From: Ylistrum balloti
Lineage: Eukaryota
Assembly (NCBI RefSeq): GCF_031769215.1
Contig: NW_026782326.1
Span: forward strand, 779,432-843,431
Direction of reading: 5' to 3'
DNA: 64,000 nt
Shown here: in pieces, positions 13,036 to 25,335 of the stretch
How the letters are laid out: the number at the start of each line of letters is the position of its first letter
Position numbering within the stretch: the stretch's first letter is position 1
Translations under genes and position numbers: made by a program
Notes under the pieces: generated by a model
Told to the model about the DNA's origin: nothing
What the model saw: the letters and a program-made list of their open reading frames with translations, nothing else
The model's database searches: none

Positions 13036-14079
13036 CTGAAAAAAAATCAGATCATTCTTAATCCAAGTACAGATTATATACAGGTACATGGTTGTATCTT
13101 ACTGGTTGATGGTCCTAATGACCTTTTATGTGTTGACGGGCTGTTAAGATTGTAATAATAATAATAACATGGCTGTATCTATTTCAAATTGGATTTCAAT
13201 CATATCAAGAACGTAACTCAATATATGAGGAATGGGAGATCCTACATCTATGTTAGGTGTGCAGTAATTTATGAAGCTGACAGATTCCACAGGGAACGTA
13301 AAATAGAGTCATCAATAGGTAAACATGACCATGACAATGTCTGGCTGGGTTGATCAACTTTAATCAGTGGGAGTGTCTACAGGGAAAGCCATTCTATTCT
13401 GTACAATGAGGAAACTTGTAAAACATGTAGAACTAAACATCACAGGGATCATCTTCATCATTGTGTCAGGATGGACCAGGCTCCAAAAACACTGAGGATG
13501 CAGATTCACCCACAGATCCAGAACATGAACACCACATTTTCATTCTAATATGAAGAGGCTCATCTGAATCTAAGCCAATTGCTAGTCAAACTACTAAGAG
13601 AGTACTGGGAGGACCCAGATAAACATCACCTCTCAACATACTACCTCTGCAAGTGACAACCATCAAATTAATGAATATCTTGCTGACGTGAAAACTTCAA
13701 TTTAGAGCGAGTATTCAACACAACACTAAAAATCATGTAGAATGATAGATACAAGCCTGCAAAACTATCGGAACTGTCTTGGAACTCAGTGTCTCTTGTT
13801 TGGTAGAGACATTTGACAATGTGTTTATGATACGAACATTCTAATGAGAGGATCAGATATCCTTCATGGATTCTAAACCATTACCATCATACTATTAGGT
13901 TCACATAGGAGTTGAGTTCCAACTGTGTCAAGCGTAAGTTGAAGGTAAACATATCGAATGCTAAAAATCTCACCGAGAATACACTCAAGAATACTGAACA
14001 AGGAACCAAGCCAATCTTCAGAGTAGTCAGAATTGAACCTTCATCAACAAGCTACTAATTCTAGGGACTTCAGTGTCTA

Positions 14080-14750
14080 TTAACTTTGAGCAGAGATTGT
14101 GAGATATGAATATTTGAATTTTGTTAGTAACTTTGAGCAGAAATTGTGAGATATGAATATTTGAATTTTGTTAGTAACTTTTAGCAGAAATTGTGAGATA
14201 TGAATATTTGAATTTTGTTAGTAACTTTGAGCAGAGATTGTGAGATATGAATATTTGAATTTTGTTAGTAACTTTGAGCAGAAATTGTGAGATATGAATA
14301 TTTGAATTTTGTTAGTAACTTTTAGCAGAGATTGTGAGAAATGAATATTTGAATTTTGTTAGTAACTTTGAGCAGAAATTGTGAGATATGAATATTTGAA
14401 TTTTGTTAGTAACTTTTAGCAGAAATTGTGAGATATGAATATTTGAATTTTGTTAGTAACTTTGAGCAGAGATTGTGAGATATGAATATTTGAATTTTGT
14501 TAGTAACTTTGAGCAGAAATTGTGAGATATGAATATTTGAATTTTGTTAGTAACTTTTAGCAGAAATTGTGAGATATGAATATTTGAATTTTGTTAGTAA
14601 CTTTGAGCAGAGATTGTGAGATATGAATATTTGAATTTTGTTAGTAACTTTGAACAGAAATTGTGAGAAATGAATATTTGAATTTTGTTAGTAACTTTTA
14701 GCAGAGATTGTGAGAAATGAATATTTGAATTTTGTTAGTAACTTTTAGCT
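14080..14750. repeat. ~60-bp tandem repeat x ~11 (agcagaaattgtgagatatgaatatttgaattttgttagtaactttg/tag)
   Basis: direct periodicity with two alternating unit variants. Confidence 0.9.
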
Positions 14751-16012
14751 AAGCTAGGCATCACATTTTGTGCTCTTACCTGAATATTCAGATTTCAAAT
14801 CTGTTCTGATAACCACATGCGTAAATGTTGAAACATCATTTATTAAAGTCGACCCACTCAGCCAGGCAATGACATGGCCTTCTTTGTTTATTTCAAACTC
14901 AATCTAATTCTGTATCTGTATCTAAAAAATATTTTACCACTTGAAGATGAATAACACTATATAATAATTCAACAGTATTAAAATATGAAAATCAGTTGGT
15001 TCCTGCAACAAATATTTTTTTCGAAAAAATATTTTATTAACTGTAAGTATGTTAACATAACAACCACTTACTATCAGTGGTTTCCATGGCTACAGGATTC
15101 AAACTAATAAAATAATTCTACTTCTTGTCTTGTCAAGAAAAAAGACCAAGAAAAATATTCTGAATTTCAAAATTTCTTGCTTGCCTGTATTTGCTGGTCC
15201 ATTCCAAACTTTTAAAGTTGCTGTCATATTCACAGACAAGTCTGTCTTCTCATGGTCATCACGTATCAATGTTTTTGGTGGAAATGGAATCCTCTCCATT
15301 AAATCTATAGAGGATAAAATAATCTGCTCAGTTGTTCACGATTAGTAGCAATGCATAACAAAAGTTGACAGACGCTGGACCAACAAATAATGGATGCCAC
15401 AGTATAGCTGACTTGGCCCTTTGAGCCAGGTGAGCTAATAACAGGAAGCTTTTGATGGTGCTTAAAGATATACACGGTATATAAACCAAGTCTACCATCA
15501 ACTAAATCAGTAAAAAAAACTGAGGGAGAGGATCTACAGATAAAAAATGTAAAACACACAGTAAAAATGTCACAGGTTGAACAATATAATATGTTTTGAT
15601 GATAAAATATACCTAAGTTCAGATGAAAACTAAAAAGGAAAATGTCAACAAGACTAAAATGCATAAAAAAGAAATACAAAAGGCATTAACTCAAAGCAGA
15701 ATATTGTAGAATAAAGTTGTTGTTTAAATAAACAGAATTTCATGCCATACCAAAGAAATCTTTAAAAAAAAACTGAGGGAAGGAAATATCCAGAAAAGAT
15801 AAAAAATTGCAAAAAAAAAAAAAGAAAAAAACCAAATCAAAGGGCAATAACAATTTGAAAAAATTTCATGAATCAAAATTCAAAAAGGTGACAAAATAAG
15901 AATTAGAGCCAACGTCAGTATCAGGTAGGTGATTTCTTCAGTGGGGTGCTTCATTTGAGCTTGGATACCTAAAGGTATGCAGGGCGATTAACGAAATAAT
16001 AAATACGAGACC

Positions 16013-17023
16013 TTAGAAATTAATCACAAGAACAAGTATCACCAGTAAGTGCATACTTTACTTAATTGTCTTCACTAGTTTCGCCTCCGGTCGAGGCTTC
16101 ATCAGGACAATTTTTTACACATTTCAGCCCTCTGAAGTAGTTTTTTCGGGGTTCAGAATTAATTGTGATGTATTACATAAATGGACAATAATACAAGGGC
16201 ATATATACCAAAAAGTTGACGTTATGTTAGCTAGATTATAGTGTTAACACAGTTCAAAACAAATCATTAAAGTCCAACATAAATAAAAAAGAGTTTGTTG
16301 TCTATCATATGCTGGTCTTTATTGGTGTTAATTTAGGCATACAGTGACATCAGACACTGAAACATAGGCCAGCTTCTTATAGTCCACTACTGCTTCAGTT
16401 AATTCTGTACTACTGATGGTTCTGATGGATGTGTGGTCTGAAAATGAGTCACTCAACAACAGGTCTTCTTTCAATAAGTCAAAAGGGCAACTCTCTTCAA
16501 TTGGAGCGGGTTCTGGGTTGACTTCTTTTGTGTGCGGCCCCGGGTGATTCCTCCCCTTGGTTGATACCATCCTGAACTTAGCCTTTTCCAGTTGGTGTTT
16601 GGTTAGCATTTCTAACAGCCTTTCCCATTGATCAGGTATAGCTGCTTCATTCCAATCATCATCTTTGAAGACTGCGGGTTCAATACTATAGAATGGGTGT
16701 TTTTCTTTAAGGTGGTGATGGTAGCAATCTCTCCTTCCGAAGGTACATTTGTAAATCTTACACTGGAACCTAGTGTTAGAGTGCATGCTATGTATCCTAC
16801 TAACATGTCTCCATAATGAACTTAAGTAAGCAAGTCTCTTACTGCATAAGATGCATGGCATCTTGATTTGCCCTGCATCCTGTCTAAGGTGCTTAGCAAG
16901 TGTGGTCTTGGTCTTGGGCATATCTAAGAGATTATATTCATGCCCCATGGTTTCTGTGTGCATACAATTAAGTAAAGCACCCACTTACTGATGACACTTG
17001 TTCTTGTTTCAATTAATTTCTAA
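16013..17023. mobile_element. TIR-bounded ~1 kb cassette (nonautonomous DNA-transposon/MITE-like) carrying a C2H2 ORF
   Basis: 16013-16070 (ttagaaattaatcacaagaacaagtatcaccagtaagtgcatactttacttaattgt) is the reverse complement (~85% id, one 5-bp indel) of 16963-17023 (acaattaagtaaagcacccacttactgatgacacttgttcttgtttcaattaatttctaa); termini TTAGAAATTAAT...ATTAATTTCTAA. Confidence 0.55.
16328..16948 (-). CDS. intronless small C2H2 zinc-finger protein (206 aa from ATG; CILCSKRLAYLSSLWRHVSRIH and CKIYKCTFGRRDCYHHHLKEKH fingers)
   Basis: first ATG in strong Kozak context aaaccATGg (16948-16946); ORF-track start at 16984 is GTG; stop TAA 16330-16328 followed within 10 nt by AATAAA on minus strand (~16321-16316); CX2CX12HX4H spacing seen directly. 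Confidence 0.5.
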   Translation of the reverse strand: MGHEYNLLDMPKTKTTLAKHLRQDAGQIKMPCILCSKRLAYLSSLWRHVSRIHSMHSNTRFQCKIYKCTFGRRDCYHHHLKEKHPFYSIEPAVFKDDDWNEAAIPDQWERLLEMLTKHQLEKAKFRMVSTKGRNHPGPHTKEVNPEPAPIEESCPFDLLKEDLLLSDSFSDHTSIRTISSTELTEAVVDYKKLAYVSVSDVTVCLN

Positions 17024-17870
17024 TTTCATAACTATTGGTACAATGTTAATACATCCTCATAGACAGATACATAACTATAGGTACAATGTTAATACATCCT
17101 TACAGACAGATACATAACTATAGGTGCAATGTTACTACATCCTTACAGACGGATACATAACTATTGGTACAATGTTAATACATCATTATAGACAGATACA
17201 TAACTATAGGTACAATGTTAATACATTATTATATACAGATATGTAACTATAGGTACAATGTTAATACATCATTATAGACAGATACGTAACTATAGGTACA
17301 ATGTTAATACATCCTTATAGACAGATACATAACTATAGGTACAATGTTAATACATCCTCATAGACAGATACATAACTATAGGTACAATGTTAAAACATCC
17401 TCATAGACAGATACATAATTATAGGTACAATGTTAATACATCATTATAGACAGATACGTAACTATAGGTACAATGTTAATACATCATTATAGACAGATAC
17501 GTAACTATAGGTACAATGTTAATACATCCTGATAGACAGATACATAACTATTGGTACAATGTTAATACATCCTCATAGACAGATACATAACTATAGGTAC
17601 AATGTTAAAACATCCTCATAGACAGATACATAACTATAGGTACAATGTTAATACATCCTCATAGACAGATAGGTAACTATAGGTACAATGTTAATACATC
17701 CACATAGACAGATACATAACTATAGGTACAATGTTAATACATCCTCATAGACAGATACATAACTATAGGTACAATGTTAATACATCCTTATAGACAGATA
17801 CATAACTATAGGTACAATGTTAACATAATGCATCCTTATAGACATTAGTTTCAAATAACTATTCAATTGA
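17010..17870. repeat. ~40-bp tandem repeat x ~21 (tacataactataggtacaatgttaatacatcctcatagacaga)
   Basis: array starts immediately at right TIR edge. Confidence 0.9.
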
Positions 17871-17941
17871 AAATAAGACACTTTTACATTAAGATCTTTT
17901 GTAGTCTATGCTGTCAAGAAGAATACAAAATATCTGAAGTT

Positions 17942-20900
17942 TTAAATTTTCTTACCTGTTCCTGATGATCTGATCTCTTTCTTCTCTTCTTCACCATACT
18001 TTCTCCATTTTTTTATTTTGTCTGAAAGGCCTTGATCAGTTTTCCTTCTTGTACTAGCCTTATTTTTACTTTTCCAAAGATTGCAATGATAATTTTTTCT
18101 GCTGTGTTCATCATATCTGGACTTAATTTCATGGTCTTTTCCAAAACCACTTAAACCTTCGCCAGTGTTTCCATCTTCCTTTTGTTCTCTTTTTCTCTGA
18201 TTTCTTGGACTCAAACTTCTGCTGAAACTCCCCTGCCTGCCTCGACTCAAACTCCTGCTGAACTTCCTCCGATAACCTCGACTCAGACTTCTGCTGAAAC
18301 TCCTCGGCCTACCTCGACTCAAACTTCTGCTGCAACTCCTATGCCTACCTCGACTCAAACTTCTGCTGAACTTCCTACGATAACCGCGATTCAGACTTCT
18401 TCTGAAACTCCTCCGCCTACCTCGACTCAGACTTCTGCTGAAACTCCTCCGCCTACCTCGACTCAGATGTCTGCTGAACTTCCTCTGCCTGTCTCGACTC
18501 AAACTTCTGCTGAAACTTCTCCGCCTGCCTCGACTCAAACTTCTTCTGAAACTTCTCCGCCTGCCTCGACTTAGACTTCTGATGAAACTTCTCTGCCGGT
18601 CTCGACTCAAACTTCTGCTGAAACTTCTTCGCCTGCCTCGACTCAGACTTCTGCTGAAACTCCTCCGCCTACCTCGACTCAGACGTCTGCTGAACTTCCT
18701 CTGCCTGCCTCGACTCAAACTTCTGCTGAAACTTCTCCGCCTGCCTCGACTCAAACTTCTGCTGAAACTTCTCCGCCTGCCTCGACTTAGACTTCTGATG
18801 AAACTTCTCTGCCAGTCTCGACTCAAACTTCTGCTGAAACTTCTCCGCCTGCCTCGACTCAAACTTCTGCTGAAACTTCTCCGCCTGCCTCGACTCAAAC
18901 TTCTGCTGAAACTTCTCCGCCTGCCTCGACTTAGACTTCTGATGAAACTTCTCTGCCGGTCTCGACTCAAACTTCTGCTGAAACTTCTCCGCCTGCCTCG
19001 ACTTAGTCTTCTGATGAAACTTCTCTGCCTATCTCTACTTCTGCTTCGACTTCTACCGCCACCACCACCACTACCTTCGGCTATATGCATCGTTCCATCA
19101 ATAGACTTCAATGACCTTAACATTTCTTCACTTTTTTCAACACGACCCTTGTCATTCATAATGCTTAATTCAGAATACTTTCTTTGTGGCTGTAAAGGCA
19201 GGGCCTTTTGTGTTAAACTTGATGGTCTGGTGTGACTTTCTGTCCTTATATTTGTCTTTGGGTCATATATTGCATAATCCATGTTTATATTTTGCAAGTA
19301 TGTAGATGCTGCTGTCTGACACTTATTTGAAAAAGGATCAACTTTAAATTCACTAACAATAGGGACATCTCTAAAACCAACATTATCTCTTGCATCCTTA
19401 AAACCATCACCATGACCACCTCTGCCTCCCCTGAAACCATCACCATGACCACCTCTGCCTCCCCTAAAACCATCACCATGACCACCTCTGCCTCCCCTAA
19501 AACCATCACTTTGACCACCTCTGCCTCCCCTAAAACCATCACTTTGACCACCTCTGCCTCCCCTAAAACCATCACTTTGACCACCTCTGCCTCCCCTAAA
19601 ACCATCACCATGACCACCTCTGCCTCCCCTAAAACCATCACCATGACCACTTCTGCCTCCCCTGAAACCATCACTTTGACCACCTCTGCCTCCCCTAAAA
19701 CCATCACCATGACCACCTCTGCCTCCCCTAAAACCATCATTGTGACCACATCTGCCTCCCCTAAAACCATCACTTTGACCACCTCTGCCTCTCCTAAAAC
19801 CATCACCAATACCACCTCCATCTCTCTTGAAACCATCAATGATGCTTCTAGTTGTACCATCATCCTCAGGTTCATTTTGTTTATCCATTGGTAGGGTTTG
19901 GGCTGCAAAAGAAAAACCTTGACTAGTACTGCTTCTTTGAGGTACTTGTTTCACAGTCCCAAATCCAAAACCTTGCCTTGGTACATCTCTTTGTGCTGTT
20001 GACAGTGCTGCTCCAAAAGAAAACCCTTGTCTGGTACTGCTGCTTGGAGACATTTGTTTCACAGTCCCAATGTCAGAATGTTGACTTGATTCTTGAATTT
20101 GAGCTGCTTGCGGAGGACCTCCAAAGAGAAACCATTCTCTTTGAATGTTGTTGGAAGCCATTTGATTCATAGCCCCAAAGTTGAAAGCTTGTGATGGTAT
20201 GTTATGTGGCAATTTCTCTGTTGAAACAGGTAGATTGTTCAATGATGGCTGCATTAGGCGTTTTTGTTGAGACAGGTCTTTATTGAACAGAGATAAAGGG
20301 GCAGATGTACTAGACAACACTTCTAGTTGAGAACTTTGTGAGGCGGGTTTGAAAAAATTTGAAGCTTTTGGCGAAAATCCTGCAGAGGCTGGTGAATAGG
20401 CTGGAGAGGTTGGTGAATAGGATGTGGTGGTTGGTGAATAGGATGTAGTGGCTGGTGTGGCTGGTGAATAGGCTGGGGTTGTTGGTGAATAGGCTGGAGA
20501 GGTTGGTGTATAGGCTGGGGTGGCTGGTGTGGCTGGTGTATAGGCTGGAGAGGTTGGTGTATAGGCTGGGGTGGCTGGTGTGGCTGGTGAATAGGACGGG
20601 ATGGCCTGTGAATTATCCTGAGATGATGCAAACATGTCAGATATTTCAGAAGCTAACTCGAGGAAACCTGGCTCTTCAGTACCTAACTCAATTTCCATAT
20701 CTTCATCTAGATATCTTGAAATTTGAAATTCTTCACAGCTTGCATTAAATTGATCTGAACGTTGTGGTGAAGGGGGCTGTGTTATCTTTCCTCTATCATG
20801 TTGAACATATTTTGTTTCGGTCATAATATATGCAAAGTTTTCCATTGAATCATCTTTTGCTTTATCTCCATCTAAGATATTACTGTTCACCTCATTATCA

Positions 20901-22126
20901 TGATTATCATAATCAACTGCAGGTGCAGATTTTCTGGCAGCTTTTGTTGGCAACTCCTTCCTTCCTTCACTGACCTCCTCACTGTCATCATCTTCAGAAG
21001 ATTCTTCAGAGGGTAAAGAAATAGATCTATCAACTGCAGGTGCAGATTTTCTGGCAGCTTTTGTTGCCAACTGCTTCCTTGGAGCTCCCTTTCCCCCTGT
21101 TGCCCTTCGACCGTTGGCAAAAGATTTCGTCTTACATTTTAGTGACTTTTCATTTTCTTCCTCCTCATCACTGACCTCCTCACTGTCATCATCTTCAGAA
21201 GATTCTTCAGAGGGTAAAGAAATAGATCTATCAACTGCAGGTGCAAATTTTCTGGCAGCTTTTGTTGCCAACCGCTTCCTTGGAGCTCCCTTTCCCCCTG
21301 TTGCCCTTCGACCGTAGGCAGAAGATTTCGTCTTACATTTTAGTGACTTTTCATTTTCTTCCTCCTCATCACTGACCTCCTCACTGTCATCATCTTCAGA
21401 AGATTCTTCAGAGGGTAAAGAAATAGATCTATCAACTGCAGGTGCAAATTTTCTGGCAGCTTTTGTTGCCAACTGCTTCCTTGGAGCTCCCTTTCCCCCT
21501 GTTGCCCTTCGACCGTTGGCAAAAGATTTCGTCTTACATTTTAGTGACTTTTCATTTTCTTCCTCCTCATCACTGACCTCCTCACTGTCATCATCTTCAG
21601 AAGATTCTTCAGAGGGTAAAGAAATAGATCTATCAACTGCAGGTGCAAATTTTCTGGCAGCTTTTGTTGCCAACCGCTTCCTTGGAGCTCCCTTTCCCCC
21701 TGTTGCCCTTCGACCGTAGGCAGAAGATTTCGTCTTACATTTTAGTGACTTTTCATTTTCTTCCTCCTCATCACTGACCTCCTCACTGTCATCATCTTCA
21801 GAAGATTCTTCAGAGGGTAAAGAAATAGATCTATCAACTGCAGGTGCAGATTTTCTGGCAGCTTTTGTTGCCAACCGCTTCCTTGGAGCTCCCTTTCCCC
21901 CTCTTGCCCTTCGACCGTTGGCAGAAGATTTCGTCTTACATTTTAGTGACTTTTCATTTTCTTCCTCCTCATCACTGACCTCCTCACTGACCTCCTCACT
22001 GTCATCATCTTCAGAAGATTCTTCAGAGGGTAAAGAAATAGATCTGGCAGATTTTGTTGTCAACTGCTCCCTTGGAACACGTCCTGCTGATTTCAGATGT
22101 TGTTTTTGCTGCTGCTGCTGAATGTC
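17942..22126 (-). CDS. giant internal/terminal coding exon (~1394 codons) of a low-complexity modular protein (NOLC1/Nopp140-like acidic-basic repeats + CTD-like SPxY + FG + RGG + RS arrays)
   Basis: acceptor ctatttttcag|GACATTCAG (AG at 22128-22127), phase 0; uninterrupted ORF to TAA at 17944-17942; ORF-track M at 22063 is a TTG; a consensus donor ACAG|gtaaga also exists at 17955-17954 just before the stop. Confidence 0.7.
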   Translation of the reverse strand, partial: DIQQQQQKQHLKSAGRVPREQLTTKSARSISLPSEESSEDDDSEEVSEEVSDEEEENEKSLKCKTKSSANGRRARGGKGAPRKRLATKAARKSAPAVDRSISLPSEESSEDDDSEEVSDEEEENEKSLKCKTKSSAYGRRATGGKGAPRKRLATKAARKFAPAVDRSISLPSEESSEDDDSEEVSDEEEENEKSLKCKTKSFANGRRATGGKGAPRKQLATKAARKFAPAVDRSISLPSEESSEDDDSEEVSDEEEENEKSLKCKTKSSAYGRRATGGKGAPRKRLATKAARKFAPAVDRSISLPSEESSEDDDSEEVSDEEEENEKSLKCKTKSFANGRRATGGKGAPRKQLATKAARKSAPAVDRSISLPSEESSEDDDSEEVSEGRKELPTKAARKSAPAVDYDNHDNEVNSNILDGDKAKDDSMENFAYIMTETKYVQHDRGKITQPPSPQRSDQFNASCEEFQISRYLDEDMEIELGTEEPGFLELASEISDMFASSQDNSQAIPSYSPATPATPAYTPTSPAYTPATPATPAYTPTSPAYSPTTPAYSPATPATTSYSPTTTSYSPTSPAYSPASAGFSPKASNFFKPASQSSQLEVLSSTSAPLSLFNKDLSQQKRLMQPSLNNLPVSTEKLPHNIPSQAFNFGAMNQMASNNIQREWFLFGGPPQAAQIQESSQHSDIGTVKQMSPSSSTRQGFSFGAALSTAQRDVPRQGFGFGTVKQVPQRSSTSQGFSFAAQTLPMDKQNEPEDDGTTRSIIDGFKRDGGGIGDGFRRGRGGQSDGFRGGRCGHNDGFRGGRGGHGDGFRGGRGGQSDGFRGGRSGHGDGFRGGRGGHGDGFRGGRGGQSDGFRGGRGGQSDGFRGGRGGQSDGFRGGRGGHGDGFRGGRGGHGDGFRGGRGGHGDGFKDARDNVGFRDVPIVSEFKVDPFSNKCQTAASTYLQNINMDYAIYDPKTNIRTESHTRPSSLTQKALPLQPQRKYSELSIMNDKGRVEKSEEMLRSLKSIDGTMHIAEGSGGGGGRSRSRSRDRQRSFIRRLSRGRRRSFSRSLSRDRQRSFIRSLSRGRRRSFSRSLSRGRRRSFSRSLSRGRRRSFSRSLSRDWQRSFIRSLSRGRRRSFSRSLSRGRRRSFSRSLSRGRQRKFSRRLSRGRRRSFSRSLSRGRRRSFSRSLSRDRQRSFIRSLSRGRRRSFRRSLSRGRRRSFSRSLSRDRQRKFSRHLSRGRRRSFSRSLSRGRRRSFRRSLNRGYRRKFSRSLSRGRHRSCSRSLSRGRPRSFSRSLSRGYRRKFSRSLSRGRQGSFSRSLSPRNQRKREQKEDGNTGEGLSGFGKDHEIKSRYDEHSRKNYHCNLWKSKNKASTRRKTDQGLSDKIKKWRKYGEEEKKEIRSSGTGKKI
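18211..19040 (-). repeat. coding 36-bp (12-aa) tandem repeat x ~23: [12 protein letters not shown] (RS/SR-domain-like)
   Basis: ..[39 protein letters not shown].. ; antisense frames give L/K and T/S/P pseudo-ORFs. Confidence 0.85.
19390..19860 (-). repeat. coding 33-bp (11-aa) tandem repeat x ~15: GFRGGRGG(H/Q)(G/S)D (RGG-box-like)
   Basis: direct DNA periodicity ccatcaccatgaccacctctgcctcccctaaaa; protein [28 protein letters not shown]... Confidence 0.85.
20330..20600 (-). repeat. coding SP(A/T)Y(S/T)P(A/T)TPA heptad-like repeats (RNA Pol II CTD-like)
   Basis: ..[70 protein letters not shown].. Confidence 0.8.
20880..22040 (-). repeat. coding 201-bp (67-aa) tandem repeat x ~6, 402-bp higher-order: [37 protein letters not shown](Y/N)[13 protein letters not shown](R/Q)LATKAARK(F/S)APAVDR
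   Basis: identical 67-aa antisense ORFs at 21114-21317 and 21516-21719 show period; alternating acidic-Ser and basic blocks as in Nopp140/treacle. Confidence 0.85.
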
Positions 22127-23129
22127 CTGAAAAATAGCAATGTAAAGGTATTTTACATAAATCTAAAGTACAGGAGGAATTTCTAGATTTCTGTTACTGG
22201 CAACTGAGTAATTATTTGTCATCTAAAACAGAAACAACATAATTGCACAGACTTGATCTAGGACTCCATGGCTAATTGCAAATACTAACAAGTGGTCCAT
22301 AGGGCCTGTATCAATCAAAACAACTAGTCATGCAAGATCCCCTCCTTCTAAAGAAGCTTCAGATCAAAATTACTCAAAATTTCATTATTTCTTCGACAGA
22401 AGGATTTTACAAAATAATTCTTAATTTTTCCTCGGGTCTGTGGAACACAGACCTATCAATTATAAACAAAAGACCCATAAGGCCTGTATTGCTTACCAGG
22501 TTTAGTTTTCTAAAATTACTTCATCTAAACTAAATGAAAAGAATTTAAAAAGATTCCATCTATTTTCTCACCTCTTTCCCTTACAAGGGATCAGATGCAC
22601 CAATCATTAATACAAAATTGAGTTCCCTTCACCTAAAGATTCTTCAGACCATATTTGTATAAAATTCAATCATTCCTAAAAATAAAGGAGAATTATAAAG
22701 AATTTTCTCCAGTTTTCCTAATTTTTTCTTTTCCTCAGTTCCCTACAGGACAAGACCCATCATTTATCCACAACTGACTTTTATTTACCCATAGATGACT
22801 CTAACCAAATTGGGTCAGAATCCAAATGGATTTTAAAGGGAGGAGGGGTGGGGTCACATCCACCAAAGTTGCGCCTCCCATTTTCCCTACGGATACCTCT
22901 GACCAACTACGGTCAAAATGCACTCAATCATTTATGACTTGTAGCGACTTATCAAACAAGAGGCCCATGGGCCTTATTGGTCATCTGACTACAAAAACTT
23001 TCAGCAAGGAGAAGGGTTATTTTTTCTACTTTGAATGAAATTTTACTAAGAAGCTGTTTTCCATGATGCAGATGGTTGTTTTGGTGAGGAGTAGGTAACT
23101 GTAATAATTGTTACCTATTTTTTGACAGA

Positions 23130-23830
23130 AAAGTTTGAGCTCAATCTAACTGGTGAAACTTGAGAAGTCTGCACAGAAAAAACCATGATTGTGTAATCAT
23201 GTTTTAAAATGGCATCCTTGCTGCCATATTGAAGTTTTGACAAGGTCGAAAAAAATTACAACACTTTGTTGACTATCTTTCCTTGACATTCCCACCAATT
23301 TTAAGATCAATGGCACCAGTGGAACTGGAGAAGAAGTTTAAAATATGTTTTTCAAGATGATGGCCATCTTGGATTTTAGAAATACCCAAAAATAACACCA
23401 CTTTGTCAGGACCATTTCAGGATCATTTCAAATAAGTTTGAGCTCAATCCCACTAGTGAAACTTGAGAAAACGTTTGAAATAGGTGTTGCACAGGAACCA
23501 TGATTGCGTAATCATGTTACAAAATGGCCTCCCTGGCTGCCTTATTGCAGTTTTGACAAGGTCGAAAAATAACAACACTTTGTTGTGTACCTTTCCTTTA
23601 CATTCCCACCAATTTTAAGCTCATTGGCACCAGTGGAGTTGGAGAAGTTTAAAATATGTTTTTCAACATGGCATCCATGGCGGTCATCTTGAATTTCAGA
23701 CCGACCTGAAAAATAATACCACTTGGTCAAGACCATCTCAGTATCATTTCAGACAAGTTTGAGTTCAATCCCACTGGTGAAACTTGAGAAGAAGTTTGAA
23801 ATGTCAAAAATTTACACATGGTGGACAACA
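23130..23830. repeat. interspersed repeat family B, ~300-bp unit x ~2.3 tandem
   Basis: units begin ..tttgagctcaat.c.actggtgaaacttgagaa.. and contain ccatgattg.gtaatcatgtt..aaaatggc.tcc.tgctgcc.tattg.agttttgacaaggtcgaaaaa. Confidence 0.7.
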
Positions 23831-23989
23831 CACAACCCTTTGGGTCAGATGACCTAACAAGTTGGAAGAATGGATAGCAGAGGATGGATGTTGCAGCATT
23901 GTAACAGCTCAACTTGTTCCTTTGGGCCAGATGAGTAAAAAAAAACATATCTTACATGAGTAACAAATGGGTAAAAATTCTGTCCTATT

Positions 23990-24660
23990 AAACAAGAGGC
24001 TCAGGGGCTTAAGTGGTCACCTGAGTGAACTCACACACAGAAACAATTAGAATGAAAATGTAGTATAAAGAAGAGAAAATGAAAAATGCTATTTGTACAG
24101 GAGCAGAAGAGTTTTAACTTAAGACCCTTCAATTCATGAAGAGTATTTGATTCTAACATATTTGGACATTAAGAACGTTTTCATTCAATTTGATCATTTT
24201 TGGCCATATCCATCAGCCCCTCGGGGGTCAGCCATTGTCAATATGTTACACAACATTGAATTGTCATCCTATACTAACATTCTAACTATGCTTGATCTAA
24301 TTCCAATAGAAAATAAATTATGCCCATATATGAACATAGTAACATTAACCCCCTCATATATGAGATCCTGGGGTCACGAAATTCACAATTTTGGTTAAGC
24401 ACCTTAAGAAGCTTCCATCCATGAAAAGTATTTGATTCTACTATATTTGGGTAATGAGATGAAGATTTTTGATCTTTCAGTCAATTTGACCCTTTTGGCC
24501 CCTGAGGGGTGGGGACCATATAATTTACAATTTTGGTTTACCTTTGGCTATAATACAAGGTTTCTGCAAAGTTTCATTGAAACTGGTTCAAGGCATTTTC
24601 CAGGAAAAGTAAAAAACCTAAGAAGTTTATGGACTTTGTCTAAGGTGACCTAAAACCCAC
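23990..24660. repeat. interspersed repeat family A copy 2 with head aacaagaggctcaggggcttaagtggtcacctgagtgaactcaca
   Basis: collinear with 31450-32200 (same head, two half-repeats ending ..ttggccc.t.aggggtggggaccat.t.atttacaattttggtt..ggctat.a..aaggtt.ctgc.aagtttcattgaaa). Confidence 0.75.
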
Positions 24661-24860
24661 ATGCAAGAATGAAATAACATTACTTGCAGCATTAATGCAA
24701 ATGTCACACCTGTATAGTCCTCATTGTGTTAAAACAATTAAAATTACCAAATATAGACATTCTTTATGATAACCTGATGTAAAGATGAACAAACAGTATA
24801 TAGATCTATTTCCTTTCCAGCCAATATCAGAGATCAGTTTGGTTGGGGTGACACCACATC

Positions 24861-25090
24861 ACACCATGATCGGTGGTTGGGTGGCGCAGTGGTAACACAC
24901 TCGCCTTTCACCTAGCCGTTCGGGGTTCAATTCCTGGAACGGACATGAAAAGGTAAGGTGTCACCTGCCCCACTATAAGGGTTTTCCCCGGGTACTCCGG
25001 TTTCCTCCCACAATAAGACTCCTCGCACGCTTACATCCAGGCCAACAAGAGTGATTAGTATAAGTTGAAATAACTTGTTTCGCAATTGTT
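24861..25090 (+). mobile_element. tRNA-derived SINE (degenerate tRNA-like head ggtggttgggtggcgcagtggtaac...cgttcggggttcaattcctggaacgg)
   Basis: D-arm-like GCGCAGTGGTAAC and T-arm-like GGTTCAATTCC motifs in correct order but imperfect stems; A-rich tail region ~25080. Confidence 0.5.
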
Positions 25091-25335
25091 GTAAAATAAA
25101 TAAAGTTTACATTTATAGTAACATCAGAAATTACAGTGAAGCACAACCAATCAGAATCAATAGTAACATACAAGGCACAAAGATAGAGCTTATAATAATG
25201 CAGTTTAAATTTTTGTTGATTCCAAACTTGGTTTACTCATGTATAAACTTAACATAAAACCATAAGGGTAGAAAGCAGTAGGTATGTGGGTCACGTTAGG
25301 AATGGTTATCATATCTTGTTGAATGAAACACTCAC

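Noticed and set aside
15305-15900. ORFs 15099-15679 and the A-rich tract ~15780-15840
   Set aside because: Low-complexity frames with no splice context. The A-rich tract may be a retroposon tail, but no element body could be delimited.
18182-19894. Long + strand ORFs ([10 protein letters not shown].., [13 protein letters not shown].., [10 protein letters not shown].. repeats) and 21114-22121 + ORFs
   Set aside because: They are antisense frames of the coding tandem repeats in the minus-strand giant exon. They arise automatically from repeat periodicity and have no splice or start context.
24147-24653. ORFs 24147-24398 and 24432-24653 (+)
   Set aside because: They lie inside interspersed repeat family A (the same sequence is present at 6590-7150 and 31660-32200), with no splice sites and no homology signal.
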